64,000 nucleotides of DNA from Verrucomicrobiota bacterium (lineage in GTDB: Bacteria; Verrucomicrobiota; Verrucomicrobiia; Chthoniobacterales; UBA10450): contig QHRO01000239.1 in assembly GCA_003220155.1 (NCBI GenBank), positions 22 through 64,021 of the forward strand, written 5' to 3'. The translations under genes and the position numbers were made by a program. The notes below the pieces were generated by a model, which was not told the origin of the DNA, did not search any database, and worked only from the letters and a program-made list of their open reading frames with translations. Each line of letters starts with the position of its first letter. Positions within the stretch are counted from its first letter, which is position 1. This document shows positions 52,400-62,310 of the stretch, piece by piece.

Positions 52400-53560
52400 A
52401 TGGCGACATTTTCTTTTAAAGACGGCACCGCTGCTGTCGTCTCGCCCGACGAGCTTCAGCAATATGAAGACTGGCCCAGCGCCTTTCACGACTGCTGCAA
52501 AGACCATCGCTTCTACGAAATCATTGAGGAAACACTGGCCAATGATTTCGAATATCAATACCTGATCCTGCGCGATCTCAACGGAAAGATGCGCGGCATC
52601 CAGCCTTTCTTTTTTGTGCAGCAAAATCTGGTAGAAGGAATTCCAGGCGGAGCACGACGGCTGGTAGATTCCATTCGGAGAAAATTTCCCCGGTTTCTCA
52701 CCATGCGCGTGCTGATGGTCGGCTGCGCCGCCGGTGAAGGTCATCTCGGCGCCCTCGGCCCCGCTGATTCAATCTGGATCGCCGAAGCGCTGCATGAGTG
52801 TCTGCCTCAAGTCGCGCGCGCGGCCAAAGCGTCACTGGTCGTTTTGAAGGATTTTCCCTCGAAGTACCGCAACACTCTCGCTAGATTTTCCGACAACGGT
52901 TTTACCCGCGTTCCGAGCATGCCGATGACGCGGCTAGCACTTAACTTTCGTGACTTTGACGATTACCTCGCGCATTTGAGCTATGGCACGCGCAAGAGTT
53001 TGCGGCGGAAGTTTCGCAAAACCGAGCGCGCAGCCAAAATCGAACTCGAAATCGTTAGCGACATCACCCCGCATCTTGACGAGGTCTATCCCCTTTACCT
53101 GGCGGTGCATGAGCGTTCGCCAATGAAATTCGAAAAGTTAACTAAGGAATATCTTTCCAAGCTCAGCCAGCACATGCCGGAACGGGTGCGTTTTTTCATC
53201 TGGCGACTCGATCGCCACATCATCGCCTTCAGCATTTGCATGGTGCACGCTGGTACGATTTATGACGAATATCTCGGCCTGGACTATTCGGTCGCGCTCG
53301 ATCTTCACCTTTATTTTTACACGCTGCGCGACATCCTGCGCTGGGCCATCGATAATCACCTGACCTTTTATTGTAGCAGCCCGCTCAATTACGATCCGAA
53401 GCTGCATCTCGGTTGCGATCTCGCACCGCTCGATCTTTACGTGAAGCATACCCAGCCGTTATTGAATCCAATTTTTCGACAAGTGTTCAGATTGCTGGAG
53501 CCAACGCGACACGATCCGGTGCTGCCGAAATTCTCCAACGCGGCCGAGCTTTACGAATGA
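52400..53560 (+). CDS. FemAB-like GNAT (Acetyltransf_6/BioF2-like) protein, paralogue A
   Basis: YLAHLSYGTRKSLRRKFRK...IWRLDRHIIAFSICMVHAGTIYDEYLGLDY...SSPLNYDPKLHLG. Confidence 0.65.
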   Translation: MATFSFKDGTAAVVSPDELQQYEDWPSAFHDCCKDHRFYEIIEETLANDFEYQYLILRDLNGKMRGIQPFFFVQQNLVEGIPGGARRLVDSIRRKFPRFLTMRVLMVGCAAGEGHLGALGPADSIWIAEALHECLPQVARAAKASLVVLKDFPSKYRNTLARFSDNGFTRVPSMPMTRLALNFRDFDDYLAHLSYGTRKSLRRKFRKTERAAKIELEIVSDITPHLDEVYPLYLAVHERSPMKFEKLTKEYLSKLSQHMPERVRFFIWRLDRHIIAFSICMVHAGTIYDEYLGLDYSVALDLHLYFYTLRDILRWAIDNHLTFYCSSPLNYDPKLHLGCDLAPLDLYVKHTQPLLNPIFRQVFRLLEPTRHDPVLPKFSNAAELYE

Positions 53561-54747
53561 CGTGGCAGCTCGAGCGCACGTGTGCGAAAGGCCGCGTCGC
53601 GGAAATACAACTTTCGTGCGGTCGCGCGCTTGTCTTCGAGCATGCTCGCGATGTCCCAATGGAATTTTGGGCGCGCGGTTTTTCGGACACGCCAAAAGAT
53701 TTTCAATATTACGAGTTGGTCGAACAGACGATGGGTTCGGCCTTCGAATATCGTTATCTCGCGGTGTTCGATCAGACCAACCGACCAGTCGCCTTGCAAC
53801 CGCTTGTCCTTACCACCCAGGACCTGGCCGTTTCCGCTAGCGAAGCCCTCGTGCGATTCGTGGCCAAATTGCGTACACTCTGGCCGCGTTTTTGCCAAAG
53901 CCGCATGGCCCTCGCCGGCTGTCTCGTGGGTGAAGGGGAAACAGGCGCGATTGAGTCTTTGGAAGTCGCAATTCCGCTGGTGGCCGAAGCGCTGGAAAAA
54001 TATGCGCGGGGCCAGGGCATCTCCTTAGTGGCGTTCAAGGATTTTTCCACAAAAATGCGGCACGCCTTTTCCTATCTAAGCCGCTCTGGTTACTCTCGTC
54101 TCGCTGGTTTTCCGCCGCTAACTCTCGAGCTCAATTTTGCGTCGTTCGATGAATACATGGCAATGCAATTGAGCAGGGCGACCCGCAAAGATTTACGCCG
54201 CAAATTCCGCGCGGCCGATGATGCCTCGCCTCCGCTTGCGCTTGAAGTCTGGACTGATGCGGAGCAGATCATTGATGAAATTTATCCGCTTTATCTCGCT
54301 GTCGCTCAGACCAGCGCGATCCGGTTCGAGGTTTTCACTCGCGAATATTTTCTTGAAGCGGGGCGATGCGCGCCGGGAAAATTCCGCTATTTCATTTGGC
54401 GACAAGGTTCCCGTGCGGTCGCCTTTAGTTTTTGCACGATCTGGAATGGAACACTCTACGATAACGATATCGGTCTGGATTATACGGTCGCCTACGAGCT
54501 AAATCTTTATTACGTCACGTTTCGCGATCTGCTGAATTGGGCGCTAAGCAACGGGCTGCGGCGCTACGCCAGCGCCCCCTTCAGTTACGACCCGAAGTTG
54601 CGTCTGCGCCTCCAACTGCAACCGGTGGATGTTTACGTGAAACATACTTCGCCCTGGCTCAATCCATTGATCAAAGTATTGGCCCTGCTTTTTGAACCGG
54701 CGCGCACTGATCCGGTGTTGCGGCGCCAGCTTCACCTTCTCCGATGA
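53557..54747 (+). CDS. FemAB-like GNAT (Acetyltransf_6/BioF2-like) protein, paralogue B
   Basis: Same architecture: YMAMQLSRATRKDLRRKFR...IWRQGSRAVAFSFCTIWNGTLYDNDIGLDY...SAPFSYDPKLRL. ATGA overlap with paralogue A. Confidence 0.65.
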   Translation: MTWQLERTCAKGRVAEIQLSCGRALVFEHARDVPMEFWARGFSDTPKDFQYYELVEQTMGSAFEYRYLAVFDQTNRPVALQPLVLTTQDLAVSASEALVRFVAKLRTLWPRFCQSRMALAGCLVGEGETGAIESLEVAIPLVAEALEKYARGQGISLVAFKDFSTKMRHAFSYLSRSGYSRLAGFPPLTLELNFASFDEYMAMQLSRATRKDLRRKFRAADDASPPLALEVWTDAEQIIDEIYPLYLAVAQTSAIRFEVFTREYFLEAGRCAPGKFRYFIWRQGSRAVAFSFCTIWNGTLYDNDIGLDYTVAYELNLYYVTFRDLLNWALSNGLRRYASAPFSYDPKLRLRLQLQPVDVYVKHTSPWLNPLIKVLALLFEPARTDPVLRRQLHLLR

Positions 54748-55151
54748 TTCAAAAAACGAAGGAACTTTTGCTCAATCCATGGTTCCAGCTCGTCCTAAGC
54801 GTGCTCTTTGTCACGACCTCGGAAGTGTTCCTTAAACGCGGGGCCGTGCAAGCACCGCGCTTACCGGAAGAAGTGAACTGGACCGGTGTTTCTGGTCTGG
54901 CTTCGCTCGACGTCTGGTACGGAATTTTGTTCGTGATCGCGAGCTTCGTCAACTGGCTCTACGTCCTGCGTTTCATTCCGCTGACAATTGCCTTCCCCCT
55001 CTCCAACTTTGTTCATGTGCTCGTGCCGTTGAGCTCGTGGTTTTTTCTCAATGAATATATTTCGGCCCAGCGTTGGTGCGGGATCGCGCTCGTCCTCCTC
55101 GGCGTTTTGATCGTGGCCAAGCCGGTCGCGCGAATGGAGGAGAAATTGTGA
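54744..55151 (+). CDS. Small DMT/EamA-type membrane protein (ArnE/ArnF-like)
   Basis: 135 aa, four TM helices, ATGA overlap with the upstream gene. Confidence 0.55.
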   Translation: MIQKTKELLLNPWFQLVLSVLFVTTSEVFLKRGAVQAPRLPEEVNWTGVSGLASLDVWYGILFVIASFVNWLYVLRFIPLTIAFPLSNFVHVLVPLSSWFFLNEYISAQRWCGIALVLLGVLIVAKPVARMEEKL

Positions 55152-55480
55152 CGCTTTTTTCCGCGCTTCTCATTTTCGTTGCGCTGATCCTTTTTGTCGG
55201 TGCCCAGCTCTTTCTAAAGCACGCGATGGAAAGCGACTTTCGCAGCGCGCGGTTCACAAAATGTTTCGCCATCGGTCTCTCGACCATGACCGCTTCATTT
55301 TTTATTACCCTGGGATTGCTCCAGCATTTCGACCTCAGCTATCTCTACCCTTTTCAGGGATTGAGTGTCGTCATCATCAGTCTTCTGGCCGCGGCGATTT
55401 TGCGGGAAAAGTTAACGCCGCGTCTTTTCTTCGGCGCCGCGCTGATCAGCGCCGGCGTCGTGCTCGTCTCATTGAGTTAA
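55148..55480 (+). CDS. Small DMT/EamA-type membrane protein (ArnE/ArnF-like), partner
   Basis: GTGA start/stop overlap, about 110 aa, four TM helices. Confidence 0.5.
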   Translation: MTLFSALLIFVALILFVGAQLFLKHAMESDFRSARFTKCFAIGLSTMTASFFITLGLLQHFDLSYLYPFQGLSVVIISLLAAAILREKLTPRLFFGAALISAGVVLVSLS

Positions 55481-56320
55481 TGCGGGCCAGAGCGCCTCGA
55501 AAGCCCGGCGATTGATCGCGCGAATCGTATTGGGCGAGGGAAAATTAAATTTTGGATGATCGAATTCCGAAGTGAATCGCTGTTTCCGGCGCGCATAGGA
55601 CGGCAGCGAGTAAGCACCGCACATGTCTCCGGCAAGGATGTGCGCATGGTGACGTAAGATCGCCAACGCCCAGCGAACGTCTTCGAAATCGAACCTCCCG
55701 TTTTCCCAGTTGGTCCAGGCAAAATCCGGCGCCAGACAATCCAGATCGATCGTTACGTAAATATTCGAGCCGGTCAGACCGGCGGCGAACTTCTCGAATT
55801 GTTCCCGCCAATTTTCGCGCAGGATCGCGCCCCGCCGTTTCCGTGCCCGCGCCGGCCGATCATCCGCCCATGGGTGGACCACCAGCGTGCCGGCGCGTTC
55901 CGCTTTGCGATTTCCGAAAAGTTGATGCGGCCACCAACACTCGAAATTTCCGCAGCCCCAAATCGCAACCTGCCGGACATGTGGCAACTCCAACGCGCGA
56001 TTGATCCAGCCGCCGCAACACCAGCGCGGGGGCCGGACGTCCCAATCGGGATGATTATCAAAGGAGACGAGCGTGACCGGTTGGTGTGTCAATCGAAGCC
56101 ACAATCCGGTCAAATGATGAAAGTCCCCCGAGCCGCAGAGGATAAATTTGGCGAGTTGCGGCCTGATCTCGCCATAAAATTGTTCGATCATCCGCGGCGA
56201 AGTAGAAAAACGGAGGCGCGGTCCCCACTTCGTCGCATCAATGGTTGGCAAACCGTGCGGGATCTCGCGCCAGGCGGCGTCGAGATCAAGGTGAACGGCC
56301 GAATGGGCTGGGCTATTCAC
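55469..56320 (-). CDS. Arginase/ureohydrolase-fold family protein
   Basis: CGSGDFHHLT, SFDNHPDWD and VTIDLDCLAPDF resemble the GGDHS / DAHxD / SxDxDxxDP metal-binding blocks. Confidence 0.55.
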   Translation of the reverse strand: MNSPAHSAVHLDLDAAWREIPHGLPTIDATKWGPRLRFSTSPRMIEQFYGEIRPQLAKFILCGSGDFHHLTGLWLRLTHQPVTLVSFDNHPDWDVRPPRWCCGGWINRALELPHVRQVAIWGCGNFECWWPHQLFGNRKAERAGTLVVHPWADDRPARARKRRGAILRENWREQFEKFAAGLTGSNIYVTIDLDCLAPDFAWTNWENGRFDFEDVRWALAILRHHAHILAGDMCGAYSLPSYARRKQRFTSEFDHPKFNFPSPNTIRAINRRAFEALWPALTQ

Positions 56321-58254
56321 GGCTTCCGCCGTGATTGAAAACGCGATTCGCTCGCGCGCGCGACGCGCAAATTTTCTGCTGCCTCAGCGAAGTCCGGCTT
56401 GAGTTCGAGCGCCTGATCGAACTGCACGATTGCCTGCGAAGTCTGACCTTGCCGCAGAAAGGTTAGTCCAAGCCCATTCACTGCGTCAACGTGACCTGGC
56501 GCTTGCTTGATCACAGTCTCAAATTCGGAACGTGCTGCACTCAAATCACCGCGGGCAAGAAGAGCTTTGGCAAGGGCGAAGCGCGCTTCGATAAAAGTGG
56601 GCTCCTTCTCTAGCGCCTTGCGCAAATCCGAGATTGCATCGTCTACTTTTCCTTGCGCCTGCAAATAAAAGCTGCGCCGATAAAGTGCCGGTGGAAAATT
56701 TGGATTGATCTCGAGCGCGGCCGCAACTTGCCTGGCAGCTTCCTCACCACGACCCAAACGTTCCAAGGTGTAAGAGTAGTAGGATCGCAAGTCGGCGTTT
56801 TTCGGATCCAGGGGCAGCGCCGCTTCGTAGTGCACAGCGGCAGCGTCAAATCTCAATTGATTTTGCCGCAGCAAAGCCAGGCTATAATGTGCGCCCACAT
56901 GTTTCGGATCGAAACTTAAAGTGGTCTCAAATTCGCGGGCCGCAGCGTCGAGCTGGCCGTCACGCTGAAGGCTTTTGGCGTACTCGTAATGCTGGCGCGC
57001 GCCTATCGGTAAATCTTGCACTACCCAGGCGGTGCGCTGCAACGCCGGCACCGCGCTATGCAGCTGCCACAGCCACAACGCCCCTAGCGGGACGACGAAC
57101 GCCGCCACCCATTTCGCGCCGTGCAAAAGCCAGCCGTGAAAAATTCCGTGCGGGGAAACTTCGGCCGTGCCGCCGCTCAGCCCCAGTGATTGCCGAGTCG
57201 AACTCTCCCGCACTTTCCAGATAAAACCGTCATAATAAAAATGGAGCAATGCAGAGGCGGAAACCACGCCGGTAAGCACGTGCTTGATCGTTTCGATTTG
57301 CAGACGCGAATTGAAATAGGCGAGCGAGCCGTAGGCAAAAATGAGGCCGAGATAAAGTCCAACCAGCGAGCCGCTGCGGCGGAAAACAAAGCGCATGAAT
57401 CCGCCGATGTTCTGATCTTTTTCGACACGGTTGCGATTATAAATCCAGACCAAAGAAAGGTACTGCACGTCGTGAAAGACTTCGAACAACGCGATCCCGA
57501 CGAGAAGATTTGAAACGCCGTTGTTGCAGTACCACCAGAAGCTGATGCTGGTGATCAATAGCGCGAGCTTGACCGGGTTCGGTCGCTTCGCCTGCGTCGA
57601 CATCCAGACAAAATTCGCAACGAACAAAATCGAGACGGCGAGCGCGAAAAAAACAAAGCCACGTTGCGCCGCTTGCAAGACCCACGGCTGAATGAAGGGT
57701 CCGCCGCAGGAATAGAACAGGTCCAATGTGTCCGTCATTCGCATTGGCGACAACACAACCGCCGTCGCAAACCAGATTGCGCAAAGCCAGAAGTCGAGCC
57801 GGCGATTAAGGGCAGCGAACGAACCGGTTTTCGCGTCGTAAATGCGACAAAAACCGTAGGTCTGCATCATCCCATGCCAGACGCCCCAAAAGAAAACAAC
57901 CAGAATGATTCCCTTCAGGTCCCACCAGTAAAACGCGACGCAGGTCACCAGGAGAAAGAGCGGGGCAAAAATGAAACGCCAGCGGAAACGTTCGAACAAG
58001 GCGCGGTCGCCGTATGCTCGGATCATTCCCGGGAGGTGATGTCCCATCGCGCCAAAAGCGGCGACGAAAAGATAAATGTCTTGTGCGCTCCAGCGCGATT
58101 GCGCGAGCGCGAACACCGGCAGAATGAGCAGCGGCGTGCCGACGTAAAGAATGAGGTCGCGCCAGCTATTCAGGATCCAAAGGTTCGGGCGCGACCGCGC
58201 CGCAGGAACTGCCGGAACGGTTTGTGGCCGCGAAAAAGCGGTGACGTGTTGCAT
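56317..58254 (-). CDS. Polytopic membrane domain with His motifs fused to C-terminal TPR repeats
   Basis: About 390 aa of TM helices with GHHLPG, WHGMMQTYG, EVFHDVQYL and LHFYYDGFIWK. About 250 aa of TPR repeats follow. Confidence 0.6.
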   Translation of the reverse strand: MQHVTAFSRPQTVPAVPAARSRPNLWILNSWRDLILYVGTPLLILPVFALAQSRWSAQDIYLFVAAFGAMGHHLPGMIRAYGDRALFERFRWRFIFAPLFLLVTCVAFYWWDLKGIILVVFFWGVWHGMMQTYGFCRIYDAKTGSFAALNRRLDFWLCAIWFATAVVLSPMRMTDTLDLFYSCGGPFIQPWVLQAAQRGFVFFALAVSILFVANFVWMSTQAKRPNPVKLALLITSISFWWYCNNGVSNLLVGIALFEVFHDVQYLSLVWIYNRNRVEKDQNIGGFMRFVFRRSGSLVGLYLGLIFAYGSLAYFNSRLQIETIKHVLTGVVSASALLHFYYDGFIWKVRESSTRQSLGLSGGTAEVSPHGIFHGWLLHGAKWVAAFVVPLGALWLWQLHSAVPALQRTAWVVQDLPIGARQHYEYAKSLQRDGQLDAAAREFETTLSFDPKHVGAHYSLALLRQNQLRFDAAAVHYEAALPLDPKNADLRSYYSYTLERLGRGEEAARQVAAALEINPNFPPALYRRSFYLQAQGKVDDAISDLRKALEKEPTFIEARFALAKALLARGDLSAARSEFETVIKQAPGHVDAVNGLGLTFLRQGQTSQAIVQFDQALELKPDFAEAAENLRVARASESRFQSRRKP

Positions 58255-58352
58255 GTGGAGGAGCGCGCTAATTATTCCCTAGAAGCGGCGAAAATCAACG
58301 CTGACGCGCCCTCCGCCAGCTGGAGATGCGCGCAAACGTGGTTGGCGCTGCG

Positions 58353-58817
58353 ATGAAAAGAAGAACGATGCCATCGAACAACAGCGCAAAATCCGAGGAA
58401 CGCGATTTTTTTTGTCGGGTCCGCGATAGATTTCGTCACTTCGCGCACAGGTCTGCCGAGGTGCTGGGATCGGCCTGGGCCTTTATCGGCGCTATTTTTA
58501 TCATTGCCGTATGGGGTTTAACCGGACCGGCCTTCTACTTTTCCGATACCTGGCAACTGATTATTAATACTGGAACTACTATCGTCACTTTTCTCATGGT
58601 CTTCCTCATTCAAAACACGCAGAACCGCGACGCCAAGGCGATGCACCTAAAGCTCGATGAATTAATCCGCGCCATCCAAGGGGCGCGCAATCGGCTGGTT
58701 GACCTGGAAAAATTATCGGATGACGAGCTAAAAAGACTCGAGGAACAGTTCACCCGCGTGCGCAACAAGGCAGCGCAACGCGAGTCCGAAATGGATGCGG
58801 TCGAAGACGAAGATTAG
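58353..58817 (+). CDS. Low-affinity iron permease family protein
   Basis: FSDTWQLIINTGTTIVTFLMVFLIQNTQNRDAKAMHLKLDELIRA. Confidence 0.7.
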   Translation: MKRRTMPSNNSAKSEERDFFCRVRDRFRHFAHRSAEVLGSAWAFIGAIFIIAVWGLTGPAFYFSDTWQLIINTGTTIVTFLMVFLIQNTQNRDAKAMHLKLDELIRAIQGARNRLVDLEKLSDDELKRLEEQFTRVRNKAAQRESEMDAVEDED

Positions 58818-58887
58818 GCTTCGCTCCGCGCTGGAAGCCAGCCTGACTCGACCAACGTCACCAGCTTGCCGTTTTCCTAATCATTAG

Positions 58888-58932
58888 CGGGCAACATGCC
58901 CGCCGGCCCCGCAGCCAAGACGGCCGTGCTAC
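58888..58932 (-). repeat. Half copy of the GTAGCACRGC REPIN family
   Basis: Reverse strand reads GTAG CACGGCCG TCT TGGCTGCG GGGCCGGCGGGCATGTTGCCCGC. The TAG stop of nth lies within its GTAG head. Confidence 0.65.
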
Positions 58933-59594
58933 GCTTTCTTTGCTTCACCGGTGCGCAGGAAAATTCTGCCACTCGGGCAGAGTGCAAACACTTCGCAGTT
59001 TACGCAATCCGGCTTGCGCGCGAAACAGCGGCGACGTCCGTGCCAGATGAGCCAGTGACTCCAAAGCGTCCAATCGCGCCGCGGCACAATTTTCATCAAG
59101 TCGCGCTCGATTTTCTCGGCATCGCTGTTTTTCGTTAGTCTAAAGCGCTGCGACAAACGAATAACGTGCGTATCGACCACGATCCCTTCGTTTTTCTCAA
59201 AAGCATTCCCGAGCACGACGTTCGCCGTTTTCCGCCCGACGCCGGGCAGCGCACACAATTCTTCCATCGAATTAGGAACTTTCCCCGCGTGCTTCGAGAC
59301 GATGGCCTGGCATGCGCCGAGAATGCTCCTGGTTTTGCTTCGAAAGAAACCGGTCGAGCGAATTTCGTTTTCGAATGTTGCCGGCCTTGCCTTGGCGAAT
59401 GCCCGCGCGTCGGGATATTTCTTGAACAGCGCAGGCGTAACCATGTTCACCCGCTTATCCGTACATTGCGCGCTTAAAATGGTTGCGATCAAAAGCTGCA
59501 ACGGATTTGTGAAATCGAGCTCGCAATGCGCGTCGGGATAAACTTTGCGGAAGCGCTGCGCCAAAGCGAGCGCACGTTCGCGCGTAGTAGTCAT
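58929..59594 (-). CDS. nth: Endonuclease III
   Basis: LLIATILSAQCTDKRVN, LPGVGRKTANVVLG, C-terminal Cys cluster CFARKPDCVNCEVFALC. The start was set at MTTTRER. Confidence 0.88.
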   Translation of the reverse strand: MTTTRERALALAQRFRKVYPDAHCELDFTNPLQLLIATILSAQCTDKRVNMVTPALFKKYPDARAFAKARPATFENEIRSTGFFRSKTRSILGACQAIVSKHAGKVPNSMEELCALPGVGRKTANVVLGNAFEKNEGIVVDTHVIRLSQRFRLTKNSDAEKIERDLMKIVPRRDWTLWSHWLIWHGRRRCFARKPDCVNCEVFALCPSGRIFLRTGEAKKA

Positions 59595-59639
59595 CGTTTT
59601 AATTTTCGGAGACCTCATCTGGAAATCTTGGCTGCCGGT

Positions 59640-59790
59640 CGCGGCCAATCGGAACATAGGCATTCCTGCCTGTGCGCCCAGCGGGTTTCCAACCCGGCTG
59701 CTTCAGCGCCCGCAACCGTTACATCAGCGGAGTAAAACTTCGCTGGGCACACAGACTGAAAAGTCTGTGTGCCGCGGCAGGGGCCAAACA
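59640..59790. repeat. Compound palindromic element
   Basis: CTGTGCGCCCAGCG pairs with CGCTGGGCACACAG. There is a perfect 12-bp hairpin GGCACACAGACT GAAA AGTCTGTGTGCC. Confidence 0.7.
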
Positions 59791-59803
59791 ATCCGCCGCT
59801 GTG

Positions 59804-60118
59804 TCATGGCGTTTCGACCCGTTCCCGCGGCACCGATTTGCCGCGGACGCGCGAAACCAGAATTTGGCCTCGGCGCCAAACCCGGCGTGCCCAGGCGAAT
59901 TCGCTGGCCAGAATGGCGAAACCAAGGGGGACGATGATAATTGCGGGGCCGGGCAGAACGATCATCACAACGCCGATCAAGACCACGCTGAAGCCAATGG
60001 TGCCGATGAGAAATCTGCGCAAGCGCGGCCGCGATTCGAGCCCGAAACGCGCGATACACTTCTGAAGCCAACGATTCACAACGGAGCCTCCACCAGTTAC
60101 ACTTTCGCGCAACGCCAA
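59804..60118 (-). CDS. PGPGW-type small membrane protein
   Basis: VLIGVVMIVLPGPAIIIVPLGFAILASEFAWARR. Confidence 0.55.
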   Translation of the reverse strand: MALRESVTGGGSVVNRWLQKCIARFGLESRPRLRRFLIGTIGFSVVLIGVVMIVLPGPAIIIVPLGFAILASEFAWARRVWRRGQILVSRVRGKSVPRERVETP

Positions 60119-60125
60119 CTAGCTG

Positions 60126-61397
60126 CTATCGGGCGATGAATGGCGTCAACTTCTGTTCGAGATGCGGCGGCACGTGTGCCGTAATCACGGCCTGATCACC
60201 GTCGTACTGCAAGTCGAGGACGTGACCAACGCGATGAATTTCCGCGATCAAATTCGATTCGCTTAACGGCACGCGGAAGTGCGAGCGGAGTCGCCAGGCA
60301 CTGAGAGCCGCTTGCAAGGCATCGACAAACTGATCGATCCCGTGCCCGGCCTTGGCGGAAATAGCGACACTTCCGGGAAATCGCCGGCAGTAGATCGAGG
60401 CCAGGTCCGGATTTTCCAGGAGGTCGATTTTGTTGAAAGCAATCAGCGTCTGTTTGCCGAAAGCATCGAGTTCTTTGATGACACTGTCGACCGCTGCCAT
60501 TTGCTCATCCACTCGCGGGTGACTCAGGTCGACCACGTGAATGAGCAGATCGGCTTCGCTCACTTCTTCGAGCGTGGCTTTGAAGGATTCGATCAGGGTG
60601 TGCGGCAGTTTGCGCAAAAATCCCACCGTGTCGGTGAGCAGAACACGCTGTTTGTTCGGCAGAGTGAAACTGCGCGTGGTCGGATCAAGAGTGGCGAAAA
60701 GTTTATCGACTGCGAGGACGTCCGCTCCGGTCATCAGGTTCAACAACGTGGATTTTCCAGCATTGGTATAACCGACAACAGCCGCAACGGGCCATTGATG
60801 CCGCTTGCGGCCCTGTCGCTGCGTGCTGCGGACTCTACGGACGCCTTCCAACTCGCGTTCGAGTCGCGCGATCCGTTCCTGCACCCGGCGGCGATCGACC
60901 TCCAACTGCGTTTCGCCCGGCCCTCGCGTCCCAATCCCGCCGGTCTGTCGCGAAAGGTGGTGCCACATTCTCGTTAGTCGCGGCAAAAGATACTGCAATT
61001 GCGCTAGTTCGATTTGCAACCGGCCCTCGCGACTCCGCGCGCGTTGCGCGAAAATATCGAGAATGAGCTGGGTACGATCGAGGACCTTGCGCGACAACAG
61101 ATTTTCCAGATTACGCCCCTGCGCCGGGGAAAGTTCGTCGTTAAAAATTACCGACGTCACTCCCTGGCTTTGCACTGACTCTTTGATCGCCTCCGCTTTT
61201 CCTTTGCCGATGTAGAATGGCGCGGTCGGCTTGGGCAGTTTCTGGGTCACGGTATCGACCACTTCCGCGCCGGCCGAGCTGGCCAGCTCGCGCAATTCCT
61301 CCATCGAGTCGCGCAGATCCCATTTGGAAACGCCATCCTGCTCGAGCCCAATCAGCAGCGCGCGCTCTGCTCGCTTCTTCGGTTTGGTCTCGATCAT
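60126..61397 (-). CDS. hflX: GTPase HflX
   Basis: ERALLIGL..., G1 motif GYTNAGKSTLLN, DTVGF. The start at MIETKPKK gives an ATGA overlap with miaA. Confidence 0.88.
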   Translation of the reverse strand: MIETKPKKRAERALLIGLEQDGVSKWDLRDSMEELRELASSAGAEVVDTVTQKLPKPTAPFYIGKGKAEAIKESVQSQGVTSVIFNDELSPAQGRNLENLLSRKVLDRTQLILDIFAQRARSREGRLQIELAQLQYLLPRLTRMWHHLSRQTGGIGTRGPGETQLEVDRRRVQERIARLERELEGVRRVRSTQRQGRKRHQWPVAAVVGYTNAGKSTLLNLMTGADVLAVDKLFATLDPTTRSFTLPNKQRVLLTDTVGFLRKLPHTLIESFKATLEEVSEADLLIHVVDLSHPRVDEQMAAVDSVIKELDAFGKQTLIAFNKIDLLENPDLASIYCRRFPGSVAISAKAGHGIDQFVDALQAALSAWRLRSHFRVPLSESNLIAEIHRVGHVLDLQYDGDQAVITAHVPPHLEQKLTPFIAR

Positions 61398-62302
61398 TCC
61401 TGGGCGCGACGAAACATTTGCGTGATCGCGCGGACTGCTTCCCGATGTGAAAACGGTGTCAAATTCAACTGTGAAAAAGTAGTTTGATGGCGAAACCAGG
61501 TCAACTGCCGCTTGGCGTAGCGGCGGGTCGCTTGTTGGATCTTCGCGATACATTCTTCACGTGAAATCTGACCCGCAATCAAAGCACGAATTTCTTTTAA
61601 TCCCAGAGCGCTGGCTGCAGTCTGCCCGATATCTTGTAGCGCGCGAACTTCTTCTTCGACGCCATCGCGAAACATCGCGTTCACCCTCTCATTAATTCGT
61701 TGGTAAAGATCGTCGCGGTGGCGCAGAAGGAGCACGCCGTTAGTAGCTGTAGCTGCGGGCGCTGACTGCGGCTCGCGGACAGCGTCCGTGGCTACAACAC
61801 GGCTCGGGATGACGGAGGCAGCGATCTCGATCGCACGAATAACGCGTCGCGGATTCTTCAGATCCGTGCGGGCCGCAAGTTCTGGACTGAGTTTCTGAAG
61901 CCGCTCGGCTAATTCTTTTTGTGGTAAACGGTTCAATTCCTCGCGCAGCTTCGGATCGGGCGGTGGAACTTGATCGAACCCGTGCGTGATCGCCTTCAGA
62001 TAAAGTCCGCTCCCTCCAACAACGATCGCGTTTTTCTTGCGTGAATGAACATCGGACAGGGCAGCGCGCGCCAGCTCGCGAAAGCTTGCCGCCGACATTG
62101 TCTCGAATAACGAGATTTGACTGAGCAGATGATGGCGCACCCGTCGTTGTGCTTCCGCGTCGGGTTTGGCGGTCAAAACATCCAAGCCGCGATAAACTTG
62201 AAATGCGTCGGCATTGACAATCTCGGCGTCGAATTGTTCTGCCAGTTCAATTGCCAGCGCCGTTTTTCCGACGGCGGTCGGACCCACCAGGAAGAAGGGC
62301 AT
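61394..62302 (-). CDS. miaA: tRNA dimethylallyltransferase
   Basis: FLVGPTAVGKTALAIELA...IVNADAFQVYRGLDVLTAKP. Confidence 0.9.
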   Translation of the reverse strand: MPFFLVGPTAVGKTALAIELAEQFDAEIVNADAFQVYRGLDVLTAKPDAEAQRRVRHHLLSQISLFETMSAASFRELARAALSDVHSRKKNAIVVGGSGLYLKAITHGFDQVPPPDPKLREELNRLPQKELAERLQKLSPELAARTDLKNPRRVIRAIEIAASVIPSRVVATDAVREPQSAPAATATNGVLLLRHRDDLYQRINERVNAMFRDGVEEEVRALQDIGQTAASALGLKEIRALIAGQISREECIAKIQQATRRYAKRQLTWFRHQTTFSQLNLTPFSHREAVRAITQMFRRAQE

Positions 62303-62310
62303 TCAGAATT

